Part shown: positions 20,351 through 29,394 of the stretch, one piece after another
How the letters are laid out: each line of letters begins with the position of its first letter
Position numbering within the stretch: the stretch's first letter is position 1
Source: an uncultured Planctomycetia bacterium
GTDB taxonomy: Bacteria > 4484-113 > JAGGVC01
DNA: 64,000 nucleotides
Reading direction: 5' to 3'
Assembly: GCA_964388445.1 (NCBI GenBank)
Contig: CAYMAI010000009.1
Span: forward strand, 32,807-96,806
The notes under the pieces: generated by a model
Told to the model about the DNA's origin: nothing
Database searches by the model: none
Seen by the model: only the letters and a program-made list of their open reading frames with translations
Translations under genes and position numbers: made by a program

Positions 20351-21301
20351 ATGTTGCGCGTGAATATCAATATCAGTTTCGAGACCATCTTCCGGCGCCT
20401 GGCTGCAACGCTCGCCGCATTCGTACTTGCGAATGCAGCGGTTTGCACCTTCGCGTCGGCAGAGGACGACCCCTCAGAGGCGCTTTCCGGACATTTCGAT
20501 GCAATTTCCGAGCAAGATTTTTCCGAGGCGGAGCGCTTTTTTTCCGGGTCTTTCAGGGCGGCGATAATGCCGAAGGTGAAGTTCGTCAATTCCTATTTGC
20601 TCGAAATCAAAGCCTCGCTGTTTGGCGGTTACGAATTATCCGCGCCGGCGGTTTTGGAAGACGAAAGATTCGTCCGGGTAAAGGCCGACTTCGCCGAAAC
20701 TTCGGTTTATTACTATTTAATACGCCAGGCAGGCGGATGGCGCATCGAAGCGTTTTCCGAAAACGAGTATTCGACAATGGCGGACGGAAGGCGCGAGCTT
20801 TATTTGTTTACGAACCGAGACTGGAACGACGACGTAAGCAAAGATTTGAAGTGTCGCGCCGCGCTGTACCAAATCCAGCGCGAACTCGAGGCTTTTCGCG
20901 ACGAAAAAGGCGAAGGGTTTTATCCGCCCTACCTTCGGGGCGGCAAAGCTCGCGACGCGCTAACCTCGTGGGGATATTTCGACCCGGAAAAAGGTTATCC
21001 GGCAAACTATCACACCGGAAGGCCGATGGAAGCCGCGGAATTCGGCATTTCGGTTAGAAAGCCGAGCCCCGGCGACTTCACGTATTTGCCGGTGGATGCG
21101 GACGGCGACGGGAAAATAGAAGCGTACTTTCTGGCCGGATGGGGCAAGCCTGATTCGCCGGCCGCGCTGTTCCTTGGCGGCTCGATTGTCGGGCTTGTGG
21201 CGTCCGCGGACGAGCGCAGAGAAGCAATGGTCGTTATGGATTTCATCGAATTCGCCCTAAGCGAGTTCGGAATAACGCTCGTTTGGACAGGCGGCGATTG
21301 A
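20351..21301 (+). CDS. Hypothetical secreted protein
   Basis: Signal peptide (MLRVNINISFETIFRRLAATLAAFVLANAAVCTFASA). No recognised domain. Confidence 0.55.
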   Translation: MLRVNINISFETIFRRLAATLAAFVLANAAVCTFASAEDDPSEALSGHFDAISEQDFSEAERFFSGSFRAAIMPKVKFVNSYLLEIKASLFGGYELSAPAVLEDERFVRVKADFAETSVYYYLIRQAGGWRIEAFSENEYSTMADGRRELYLFTNRDWNDDVSKDLKCRAALYQIQRELEAFRDEKGEGFYPPYLRGGKARDALTSWGYFDPEKGYPANYHTGRPMEAAEFGISVRKPSPGDFTYLPVDADGDGKIEAYFLAGWGKPDSPAALFLGGSIVGLVASADERREAMVVMDFIEFALSEFGITLVWTGGD

Positions 21302-21344
21302 AACTTCGCGACCGGCGGCTTTCTGATGATAGAATGACTACGGT

Positions 21345-22223
21345 ATGTCAGTTTATTGCTCCAAATGCGGCGCCGAAAATCAGGATGATGCGCGCTTTTG
21401 TTTCGAATGCGGCGCCAGGTTCGTAGAGGCCGGCTTTCGGCCGGAACCGGCGCGGCATAACTTCGACGTTAAAAAACCGGACGCCGAAGATTTGGGCGAA
21501 AAATCATCACCGGCCCCTCCACACGAAGACCATTCCTCCGGCATTGACGGCGGCGGCCGCGCCGATAGCGTGCGGGATTTCACGGGCGAGCGCGGCGAGG
21601 AAAGAGAATTCCGCCAGTCATATAGAGAAGATTACGGCCGCTACGGCGAAGCCCCTAAAATGCCCGAAATCGCAAAGGCTGAAGAGCCCAAACTGGAATT
21701 CGCCTCGTTCGGCTTACGGCTCGGAGCATGGGTTCTGGATTGGATTGTGCTCAGCTTCATGACGCAAATCGCCGTTCTCGCGGCGGGCATAAGGCAGCCC
21801 GCAAACGAAGATATGAGCCAATTCATGTCCGACTATATGGCGTCGATAATGTCCGGCACGCTGCATGGTTCGATGGCCGATTACTTCCAAAACATGATGC
21901 TTACGTTTTTCATAATGACAATGGTTTGCCTTGCGTATTACGTTGTATTCCACACGATAGGCGGACAAACCCTCGGCAAGCTCGCTCTCGGAATTCGCGT
22001 CGCTCGCAGAGACGGAAGCGCGATTGGCATTGGCAGAAGCCTACTTCGCTACATTATCTACTGGATTGGCTCGAAGCCGTTTTATTGGGGAGCGTTTCCG
22101 GCGATGTTCGGAAAAGAAGCCGCCGCGGTTCACGACCATGCCGCCGACACGCGCGTATATAAGGTCGCTTCGCTCGAAGCCTATCAGGATTTTCACTCCA
22201 CAAGTCAATCTTCCGGCGGCTAG
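21345..22223 (+). CDS. RDD-family membrane protein with N-terminal zinc ribbon
   Basis: Starts MSVYCSKCGAENQDDARFCFECGARF (double CxxC zinc ribbon). C-terminal TM region with RDD motif (GIRVARRDGS). Confidence 0.75.
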   Translation: MSVYCSKCGAENQDDARFCFECGARFVEAGFRPEPARHNFDVKKPDAEDLGEKSSPAPPHEDHSSGIDGGGRADSVRDFTGERGEEREFRQSYREDYGRYGEAPKMPEIAKAEEPKLEFASFGLRLGAWVLDWIVLSFMTQIAVLAAGIRQPANEDMSQFMSDYMASIMSGTLHGSMADYFQNMMLTFFIMTMVCLAYYVVFHTIGGQTLGKLALGIRVARRDGSAIGIGRSLLRYIIYWIGSKPFYWGAFPAMFGKEAAAVHDHAADTRVYKVASLEAYQDFHSTSQSSGG

Positions 22224-22269
22224 CTTCGCCGTTCTCTTGAGCCTCGGATAGTTTGCCGAAAGCGGCGCT

Positions 22270-23730
22270 GTGCTAAAATACCGCGCCGATTTTGTCCCGC
22301 GGAGCGTTGAATTGTCGCATAATCTTGGCGTTGTCATTCTCGCGGGCGGGCTTTCGACCCGCTTCAAATCTAGGCGCTCGAAGCTTCTGCACCTTTTGGC
22401 CGGACGGCCTTTGCTCGGCTGGGTGCTCGAAGCGGTGAAGGCGCTCGACCCCGCGCAAATCGTGGTCGTTCACGGCCCGCAAGGGGAAGATTTGAAAGAC
22501 AAGTTTCAAGGCGTAACGTGGGCGCTGCAGCCGTCCGCGAAAGGCACGGCGGACGCGCTGCTTTGCGCGCTTCCCGCCCTTCATCCCGGAATCGATACGA
22601 TTTTCCTGACGGGCGGCGACTCCCCGCTCGTTTCGCCGGAATCGCTGCGCCAGGCTCGCCTTGCATACAAAGGCAGCGGCGGGGCCGCGGCGATGGTTTT
22701 GACCGCGACTGCGGACAATCCTTTCGGATACGGCAGAGTCGTCCGGGAAGGCCAGCTCGTGAATAAAATCGTGGAAGAGCGCGACGCAAATCTGGACGAA
22801 AAGAAGATTTGCGAAGTCAACAGCGGAATGTATTTTTTCCACATCGGCGGACTCGAAGCCGAACTGAAAAAAATCGGCACGGACAACGCGAAAGGCGAAA
22901 TGTATTTGACCGATATCGCGGGCGAACGGCGCGCCCTCATTTTTCCGCTCGAAGATTTTAGCGAAATAATGGGCATAAATACCCGGCTCGAGCTAGCCAA
23001 GGCAGAAGCGATAGTCCAGCAAAAAATAGCGGAAAGCCTGATGCTTTCCGGCGTTTCGATGATAAGGCCCGAATCGTCCTACGTGGAAGCCGGTGTTTCC
23101 GTAGCTCCGGATACTACGATTCTCCCCGGCACCTACCTTCTCGGCAGCACCTCGATCGGCGAAGGCTGCAAGCTCGGACCGGACACGGTGATAGACGACT
23201 GCATCGTCGGCGAAGACTGCGTAATCACGTTCAGCCAGCTTCACCGCGCGAAAATCGGAAACGGCGTAAAAATCGGCCCTTACAGCAACGTCCGGCCGGA
23301 TACCGTTCTCGAGGACGGCGTAAAGCTCGGCGATTTCGTCGAACTTAAAAAGGCGTACGTGGCGAAGGGAGCGAAAATCCCGCACTTGTCGTACGTCGGC
23401 GACGCGGAAATCGGCGAAGGCGTCAACATAGGCGCAGGCACGATAACTTGCAACTACGACGGCTTCGAAAAGCACCTGACAGTGGTTGAAGACGGGGCGT
23501 TCATAGGGTCGAATTCGACGATAATCGCGCCCCGGACGATCGGCAAAGGTGCGTACGTGGCGGCGGGAAGCGTCGTAACGGAAAACGTACCGCCCGGCGA
23601 TCTCGCGGTCGGTCGCGGCAGGCAAGTCAACAAACCGGGATACGCCGACCGTCTCAGGGCGAAAAAGTCGGCTAAGCGGGCCGATGGGCAAACCCCCGCA
23701 GTGGAAAACGGAGAGGGACATGGTTCGTAG
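22270..23730 (+). CDS. glmU: Bifunctional UDP-N-acetylglucosamine pyrophosphorylase / glucosamine-1-phosphate N-acetyltransferase
   Basis: N-terminal nucleotidyltransferase (LAGGLSTRFKS), C-terminal left-handed beta-helix hexapeptide repeats. Confidence 0.9.
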   Translation: MLKYRADFVPRSVELSHNLGVVILAGGLSTRFKSRRSKLLHLLAGRPLLGWVLEAVKALDPAQIVVVHGPQGEDLKDKFQGVTWALQPSAKGTADALLCALPALHPGIDTIFLTGGDSPLVSPESLRQARLAYKGSGGAAAMVLTATADNPFGYGRVVREGQLVNKIVEERDANLDEKKICEVNSGMYFFHIGGLEAELKKIGTDNAKGEMYLTDIAGERRALIFPLEDFSEIMGINTRLELAKAEAIVQQKIAESLMLSGVSMIRPESSYVEAGVSVAPDTTILPGTYLLGSTSIGEGCKLGPDTVIDDCIVGEDCVITFSQLHRAKIGNGVKIGPYSNVRPDTVLEDGVKLGDFVELKKAYVAKGAKIPHLSYVGDAEIGEGVNIGAGTITCNYDGFEKHLTVVEDGAFIGSNSTIIAPRTIGKGAYVAAGSVVTENVPPGDLAVGRGRQVNKPGYADRLRAKKSAKRADGQTPAVENGEGHGS

Positions 23731-23773
23731 AAAAACGAAAACCAACGAAGGGCCGATTTTTTCGATCCGCGAA

Positions 23774-24736
23774 ATGAAAATCATCGCGGGAAACGCCAAC
23801 CGCCCGCTGGCGCGGAAAATCTCCGATAGGCTGGGCGTCGAGCCCGGAAAGGTATCGGTTTCCAAGTTTTCCGACGGCGAAATCCAGGTGAAAATCGAAG
23901 AGAGCGTGCGCGGCCTCGACGTATTCGTCGTACAGCCGACCTGTCATCCCGTCAACGAAAATCTGATGGAGCTGCTGATAATCATGGATGCGCTCCGCCG
24001 CGCCAGCGCAAGGCGGATTTACCCCGTTATTTCCTACTACGGCTACGCCAGACAGGACAAAAAAATCCAGCCGCGAGAGCCGATTAGCGCTAGGCTCGTG
24101 GCGAATCTTATCGAGGGCGGCGGTGCGGACAGAGTGCTTTCGATGGACTTGCACTCGAATTCCATACAGGGTTTTTTCAACATACCGGTTGACCATCTTA
24201 CCGCAGCTAATTTACTGGTCGGCGCGATGCACCGGAACGGTCTCATAGACGAAAAAATGATTCTCGTCAGCCCCGACGTCGGCGGCGTCCAGCGCGTAAA
24301 CGACGTGAGCAACAAAATCGAGCGGTTTTACGGCCTGAAAGTTCCGCTGGCGATTATCGCCAAACGGCGGCCCGAGCCGAACGTCAGCGAAGTGCTGGAA
24401 GTCATCGGACAGGTGAAAGGCAAGGTCGCCGTTTTATTCGACGACATGATTGACACAGCTGGCAGTACGACGAACGGCGCGCAGGAACTGATGGAGCGCG
24501 GCGCAAAAGAAGTGCATTTATATGCCACGCACGGACTGATGTCCGGCCCGGCATACGAAAGGCTGGGCGAAAGCTCAATCAAAAGCGTGGTCGTGACCGA
24601 CACGATTCCACTGCGCAAAAACCGGCCGAAGAACGTGCAGGTTGTAAGCACCTCGGGCATTTTCGCCAGAGCGATACGCAACTGCTTCGAAGACCAGTCG
24701 ATTAGCCAGATATTTAACGAAAGCGATTTGGACTGA
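23774..24736 (+). CDS. prs: Ribose-phosphate pyrophosphokinase
   Basis: MKIIAGNANRPLARKISDRLG... PRPP synthetase N-terminus and PRPP-binding loop (VLFDDMIDTAGS). ORF-track start 23684 overlaps glmU; ATG 23774 fits homologue length. Confidence 0.9.
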   Translation: MKIIAGNANRPLARKISDRLGVEPGKVSVSKFSDGEIQVKIEESVRGLDVFVVQPTCHPVNENLMELLIIMDALRRASARRIYPVISYYGYARQDKKIQPREPISARLVANLIEGGGADRVLSMDLHSNSIQGFFNIPVDHLTAANLLVGAMHRNGLIDEKMILVSPDVGGVQRVNDVSNKIERFYGLKVPLAIIAKRRPEPNVSEVLEVIGQVKGKVAVLFDDMIDTAGSTTNGAQELMERGAKEVHLYATHGLMSGPAYERLGESSIKSVVVTDTIPLRKNRPKNVQVVSTSGIFARAIRNCFEDQSISQIFNESDLD

Positions 24737-24835
24737 TTTCTTCACCCCCCATTTTTGGCTAAAAACCGTATATTCGAACGCACAGGCAGTTCCTGCGCGA
24801 TAATATACGCGCCGGAAGGCATTGGAGTGAGCAGT

Positions 24836-25801
24836 ATGATGCGATTTTTGACAATTTTGTTGACGATTTTGCTTTCGGCGGCTGCCATCGCCGCGCTCGC
24901 GGGCTGCCCCGCACAGCCGGAAGGCGAGTCCGAAGGAGTACGGGTAATTACGTCTGAAGGCGGCGAGACAGTTGACGGCGAAGTGACGCGTCCGGCGGAA
25001 GGCGGAGACGGCGCTGCTTCCGGCGAAACCGGCGAAGAACAGCCGGCGGGCGATTCAACCGATGCCGCCGAAGGCGATGGCGAACCGGACGGCGTCGCGG
25101 ATGAGCCGGATACAGGTCAAGACGATCCGGAAGCGGGCGGCGCGGATAGCGGCTCGGCTGCGGATACTCCGGTTGATAACGGCGGTGGCGGAAGCCAATC
25201 CGCAGGCGGAAAAAGTCCGTTCCCGGCCGAAGGCGAGCTATGGGGCTACGACGACCTTGGAAAAAACCAGAACGAAAAAGTGCAGGTTTTGATAGAAACC
25301 GACAAGGGCAACATAATGTTCGAGCTTTATCCCGAAATCGCCCCCAAAACTGTATCCAAGTTTGTCGATTACGTGAACTCGGGCTTTTACAAAGATACCT
25401 ATTTTTATCGCGTCGAAAAGGGCTTCGTAACGCAAGGCGGAAATCCCTTGACCTCTACCGAAATCGAAAAAGTGGGATATGGCGTTTCGTCATGGCCCGA
25501 CAGCGCCGCGGACAAAAAGCGCGCTGCCGAGCGCATCGGCAACGTTCCCGACGAAAAGAACTACGCGCGCTGCGACGTCGGTACGATTTCGCTGGCGAAG
25601 CTTGTCGAAGCGGGTTACGGCGAAGACGGAAAAGCGGGATACAAACCGGGCAGCGCCGCGTATGAATTTTTCATCAACACCGCGAACAACAGCCATTTGA
25701 ACGATTACTTCACGGTTTTCGGAAAAGTAGTCGCAGGAATGGACGTCGTACAAAGGCTAACGAAAGACGACGTAATCAGAAACATGCGGGTGGTCCAATA
25801 G
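24836..25801 (+). CDS. Lipoprotein peptidyl-prolyl cis-trans isomerase (cyclophilin type) with long acidic disordered linker
   Basis: Signal/lipobox MMRFLTILLTILLSAAAIAALAGC. ~130-aa D/E/G-rich segment, then cyclophilin motifs (FYKDTYFYRV, FVTQGG). Confidence 0.85.
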   Translation: MMRFLTILLTILLSAAAIAALAGCPAQPEGESEGVRVITSEGGETVDGEVTRPAEGGDGAASGETGEEQPAGDSTDAAEGDGEPDGVADEPDTGQDDPEAGGADSGSAADTPVDNGGGGSQSAGGKSPFPAEGELWGYDDLGKNQNEKVQVLIETDKGNIMFELYPEIAPKTVSKFVDYVNSGFYKDTYFYRVEKGFVTQGGNPLTSTEIEKVGYGVSSWPDSAADKKRAAERIGNVPDEKNYARCDVGTISLAKLVEAGYGEDGKAGYKPGSAAYEFFINTANNSHLNDYFTVFGKVVAGMDVVQRLTKDDVIRNMRVVQ

Positions 25802-25812
25802 CGGGCGGCGGT

Positions 25813-26901
25813 ATGACCAACGAAGATTCCACAACCGGCGCGCTTAGCGAAGGCATGCGCGAAGTAATCTCGCGGCTCACTCCGCGTCAGCGCCAGATAC
25901 TCATCGCCCTCGTGAAGACATACGTGCGAACCGCCGCGCCGGTCGCCAGCGGCGCGCTGGCCGAAATAATCGACGCATCCAGTGCAACCATCCGCTCCGA
26001 GTTCGCGTTTCTCGAAGAACTGGGTTTTCTATCCAAAGACCATCAGGCGTCGGGCCGCATGCCGACCGACCTGGCATACCGTTTTTTCGTGGATGAAATC
26101 CGTGACCGAATCGAGCCGGTCGAAGGCGAGCAGGCGCGCGTCGAGCGTGCGCTGGCGGGGCTTAGGCGCGAATTTTCGCTCTTGATGGACGGCGCGCTCC
26201 GTCACCTCGCATCCGAAAGCGGACAGGCGGCGTGGGTTTCCGTTCCCGTTTTGCCGGACCTTATCATCCGCTCGATAGATTTCATTCCGACCGCCGAGCG
26301 CAGTTTTCTGATACTCATCGTGACGACGAAAGGCTATACGCGCCATCGCATGGCGACGCTTGGCGACAAAGTGGACGAAACAATACTGCGATATTTGAAG
26401 GAGCAGCTCAACAACTACCTTTCGGGACGTCCGATTACCGAAGTGGATTTTCGTATCATCGGCAGGATTTTCGAGGACGTCGGGCGCGTGCCGCGCACGG
26501 TGCTTGAGCATATTTCGGCGTTTCTCGACGAACTTACGTTGGGCCATGAGCGCATTTACATAAGCGATTCGCGGCCGCTTCTCGCTCAGCCGGAGTTTCG
26601 CAACGTTGCGCTTATGAACGCGGTGTTGGACATCCTTAACGACCATTCGTCGTTCAGCACCTACGTGCGTGACGTAATGGGCGACGAAGATATGAGCATC
26701 GTTATCGGCAAAGAAAACGCGGACGCGAAGCTAAAGGCGATGAGCCTCGTATTCGCCAGATACAGGTTGTCGGGCGAGCTTAGCGGCACCGTAGGCATTA
26801 TCGGGCCGACCCGCCAAACTTACGACTTGAACATTCCGCTCGTCGCGGTCGTGGCGGATTGCCTCGCCGAGCTATTAAGAGAAACGCCGTTTTCGCTTTG
26901 A
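25813..26901 (+). CDS. hrcA: Heat-inducible transcription repressor HrcA
   Basis: N-terminal winged-helix LTPRQRQILIALVKTYVRTAAPVASGALAEII... full-length HrcA-like. No CIRCE inverted repeat seen upstream (see rejected). Confidence 0.9.
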   Translation: MTNEDSTTGALSEGMREVISRLTPRQRQILIALVKTYVRTAAPVASGALAEIIDASSATIRSEFAFLEELGFLSKDHQASGRMPTDLAYRFFVDEIRDRIEPVEGEQARVERALAGLRREFSLLMDGALRHLASESGQAAWVSVPVLPDLIIRSIDFIPTAERSFLILIVTTKGYTRHRMATLGDKVDETILRYLKEQLNNYLSGRPITEVDFRIIGRIFEDVGRVPRTVLEHISAFLDELTLGHERIYISDSRPLLAQPEFRNVALMNAVLDILNDHSSFSTYVRDVMGDEDMSIVIGKENADAKLKAMSLVFARYRLSGELSGTVGIIGPTRQTYDLNIPLVAVVADCLAELLRETPFSL

Positions 26902-26904
26902 TTT

Positions 26905-26945
26905 CCGCCGGCTGGAAGACACATTCGTACTGCCGGGTTTTTTTT
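26905..26945 (+). terminator. Possible rho-independent terminator after hrcA
   Basis: CCGGC...GCCGG stem with long loop followed by T8 (gccgggtttttttt). Stem is weak, so tentative. Confidence 0.4.
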
Positions 26946-27030
26946 CAATCCGGCGCGCCGAAGCTCGATTTGGCTAATGCAGCCTCGATTGGGTATGATT
27001 TTGCGGCCGCCTTGACAGGCGATACGGCTT

Positions 27031-28392
27031 ATGGAAAAGGTATATCTGAAAAACTTCGGGTGCAAGGTCAACGCCGCCGAGCTTTTCGAAGCGGCTGAGA
27101 CTCTGGACTCGCGCGAATTCGACACGGCGGAAGTGCAATCCCACGTCGAAATTCCCGCCGGCGCCGCGGGAACGCTCATCGTAAACAGCTGTACGGTCAC
27201 GGCGACCGCGGACGCGAAGCTAAGGGCGTTCGTCAGGCGCGTACAAAAGCGCTCCCCCGGTGTAAAAATAATCGTCGGCGGTTGTTCGGTCAGGCTTCCG
27301 CAATTCGACATTACGGCGCTCGGCGGCGCGTCCGTCGTGCCGCGCGTTAAAACCGCGGTCGAAAATCTGGTCGAAGGCGCGCTTCAAAACGGCGGGGACA
27401 GAGCTCAAGCGATTGGCTTGAATTTTGCGGGTGCATTTTCAGGCCCGAAACAAGACAGGACGCGTGCGTTCATAAGAATGCAGGACGGCTGCGCAAGCAA
27501 GTGCTCGTTTTGCATCATCCCGACGGTCAGGCCGGCAGAGTCGCTCGATAGGACCGAAATACTCGCCCGACTCGACCGTGTGCTCGAAGAAGGCTCGAAG
27601 GAAGTCGTTCTCACCGGAACGAACATAGGCAAATTCGAGGACGGACACGGCGGCGGTTTCGTCGAACTTGCGCGGGAGTTTTTAAGCCGCGCCGAAACTG
27701 CCGGGGCCAGAATCAGGATCAGCTCTATCGAGCCGGAAGACATGAAAGAGCCGGTTTTCGAGCTTTTCGAGCATCCGGCGCTGTGCGGTCACCTGCACCT
27801 TCCCCTTCAAAGCGGCAGCGCGAAAGTTCTTGCGGCGATGCGCAGGCGATATAACATCTCGCGGTATCGCAATATCGTCGAGGAATTCCGCTCGAGGTTT
27901 CCGCGAGCGTCCATTACGACGGACATTATCGCCGGATTTCCCGGCGAAACGGATGAGGATTTCGCCGAAACTTTGGGCGTAATGGAAGAAGCCGGCTTCG
28001 AGCGCGTGCATGTTTTCAGGTTTTCGCCAAGGCCAGGCACGCCCGCCGCAGAGATTAAAGGCGCGCCGGAGCGCATCGTCCGTGCGAGAATGGAAAAAGC
28101 GATAGCCCATAGTGATAAAATAATATTCGACCGGATGAAGCGCCATGTTGGCGCTTTTGCGCAAATTCTGGTCGAGGAAACGGTCGGGAATATGGGTGTC
28201 GGCTATACCGGCGAGTATTTTCGTGCCTGCGTCGAGGACCTTCCTGCTGCGAAGGGCGCCCTCGTACGCGTCAAACTTGGCGAGCCGGACGCCGCCGGGC
28301 TGTTTTCCGCAAGGGTTGCGGACACGGATACCGGCGAAGGATTGGGCGTTGCCGGAGGCCGCGAGCGCAAACTTTCATTGAGGGTGAGCTGA
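27031..28392 (+). CDS. Radical SAM tRNA methylthiotransferase (MtaB/MiaB family)
   Basis: N-terminal MTTase domain (YLKNFGCKVN), radical SAM CASKCSFCIIP, C-terminal TRAM-like region. Confidence 0.85.
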   Translation: MEKVYLKNFGCKVNAAELFEAAETLDSREFDTAEVQSHVEIPAGAAGTLIVNSCTVTATADAKLRAFVRRVQKRSPGVKIIVGGCSVRLPQFDITALGGASVVPRVKTAVENLVEGALQNGGDRAQAIGLNFAGAFSGPKQDRTRAFIRMQDGCASKCSFCIIPTVRPAESLDRTEILARLDRVLEEGSKEVVLTGTNIGKFEDGHGGGFVELAREFLSRAETAGARIRISSIEPEDMKEPVFELFEHPALCGHLHLPLQSGSAKVLAAMRRRYNISRYRNIVEEFRSRFPRASITTDIIAGFPGETDEDFAETLGVMEEAGFERVHVFRFSPRPGTPAAEIKGAPERIVRARMEKAIAHSDKIIFDRMKRHVGAFAQILVEETVGNMGVGYTGEYFRACVEDLPAAKGALVRVKLGEPDAAGLFSARVADTDTGEGLGVAGGRERKLSLRVS

Positions 28393-28495
28393 AATAGAAA
28401 ACAACACGGTCATAAAAGTTGACAGCTACGACGAACTCCACGAGCTTTTCGGCGATTACGACTCTAATTTAAGACACATCAAGAAACAACTGAAA

Positions 28496-29380
28496 GTGCG
28501 CGTCTATACGCGCGGACTCGAAGTGGTGGTCAGCGGCGAAAAAACGCGCGTGGATGCCGCGCGCGAAATCTTGGAGCGAATGCTCGGCGATATACGTGCA
28601 CGCGGATTCATCGAAGACGATTCGGTGGACGTTTATTTGAGCGATACCGAACTCGAACTCGCCGCGGGCAACGTACCGCAAGTGCCCAATTTCGCGCCGA
28701 AAAGCGACGGTCAGCGCCGCTATCTCGAAACGATGGAAGGCCACGAGCTTACGCTTTGCTACGGCCCGGCGGGAACGGGGAAAACCTACTTGGCCGTCGC
28801 GATGGCGATTAGCTTTTTCAAGCGCAATTTGGTCAGGCGAATAGTCCTTTGCCGTCCGGCGGTCGAAGCCGGGGAATCTCTCGGATTTTTGCCAGGCACT
28901 ATGCAGGAAAAAGTGAATCCCTATCTCATTCCGCTTTTCGACGCGCTCAACGACCTTTTGAAGTTCGACCGCGTCCGCAAACTGATGGACCAAAACGTAA
29001 TCGAAGTCGCCCCGCTCGCGTTCATGCGCGGCCGAAGCCTGAACAACAGCTTTATCATTCTCGACGAGGCGCAGAACACTACCTATTCCCAAATGAAAAT
29101 GTTCCTAACGCGCATGGGCAGAAATTCCAGAGTCGTCGTCACCGGCGACATTACGCAAGTTGACCTCGACGAAGGAAAGCAGAGCGGTTTTTCGATCGCT
29201 CTCGACCTTGTGCGTCCGCTCGCCGGCGAAGGAATAGCCATCTGCGAATTGACCGAGCGCGACGTCGTGCGCCATCCGATAGTTCAGCAGATAATCAACG
29301 CGTATGAAAGATACGACTCCGAGCGCGCCCATCTAAAACGCAATCGAGAATCGAACGGCGGCGAATTCGGCGGAAGGTAA
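28496..29380 (+). CDS. phoH: PhoH-family ATPase
   Basis: Walker A CYGPAGTGKTYLAV and full PhoH core. GTG start in ORF track, but PhoH-like sequence (DSYDELHELFGDYDSNLRHIKKQL) continues in-frame upstream with no ATG/GTG/TTG. Confidence 0.88.
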   Translation: MRVYTRGLEVVVSGEKTRVDAAREILERMLGDIRARGFIEDDSVDVYLSDTELELAAGNVPQVPNFAPKSDGQRRYLETMEGHELTLCYGPAGTGKTYLAVAMAISFFKRNLVRRIVLCRPAVEAGESLGFLPGTMQEKVNPYLIPLFDALNDLLKFDRVRKLMDQNVIEVAPLAFMRGRSLNNSFIILDEAQNTTYSQMKMFLTRMGRNSRVVVTGDITQVDLDEGKQSGFSIALDLVRPLAGEGIAICELTERDVVRHPIVQQIINAYERYDSERAHLKRNRESNGGEFGGR

Positions 29381-29394
29381 CCGGAGAAACCGAT

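Noticed and set aside
22993-23865. 290-aa minus-strand ORF, plus 22273-22842 and 22370-22789
   Set aside because: All antisense to glmU/prs. Low-complexity R/A-rich translations.
25740-25812. CIRCE element (TTAGCACTC-N9-GAGTGCTAA) upstream of hrcA
   Set aside because: No such inverted repeat is found in the short hrcA upstream region or nearby. The only GTGCTAA (22262) is an isolated half-site upstream of glmU.
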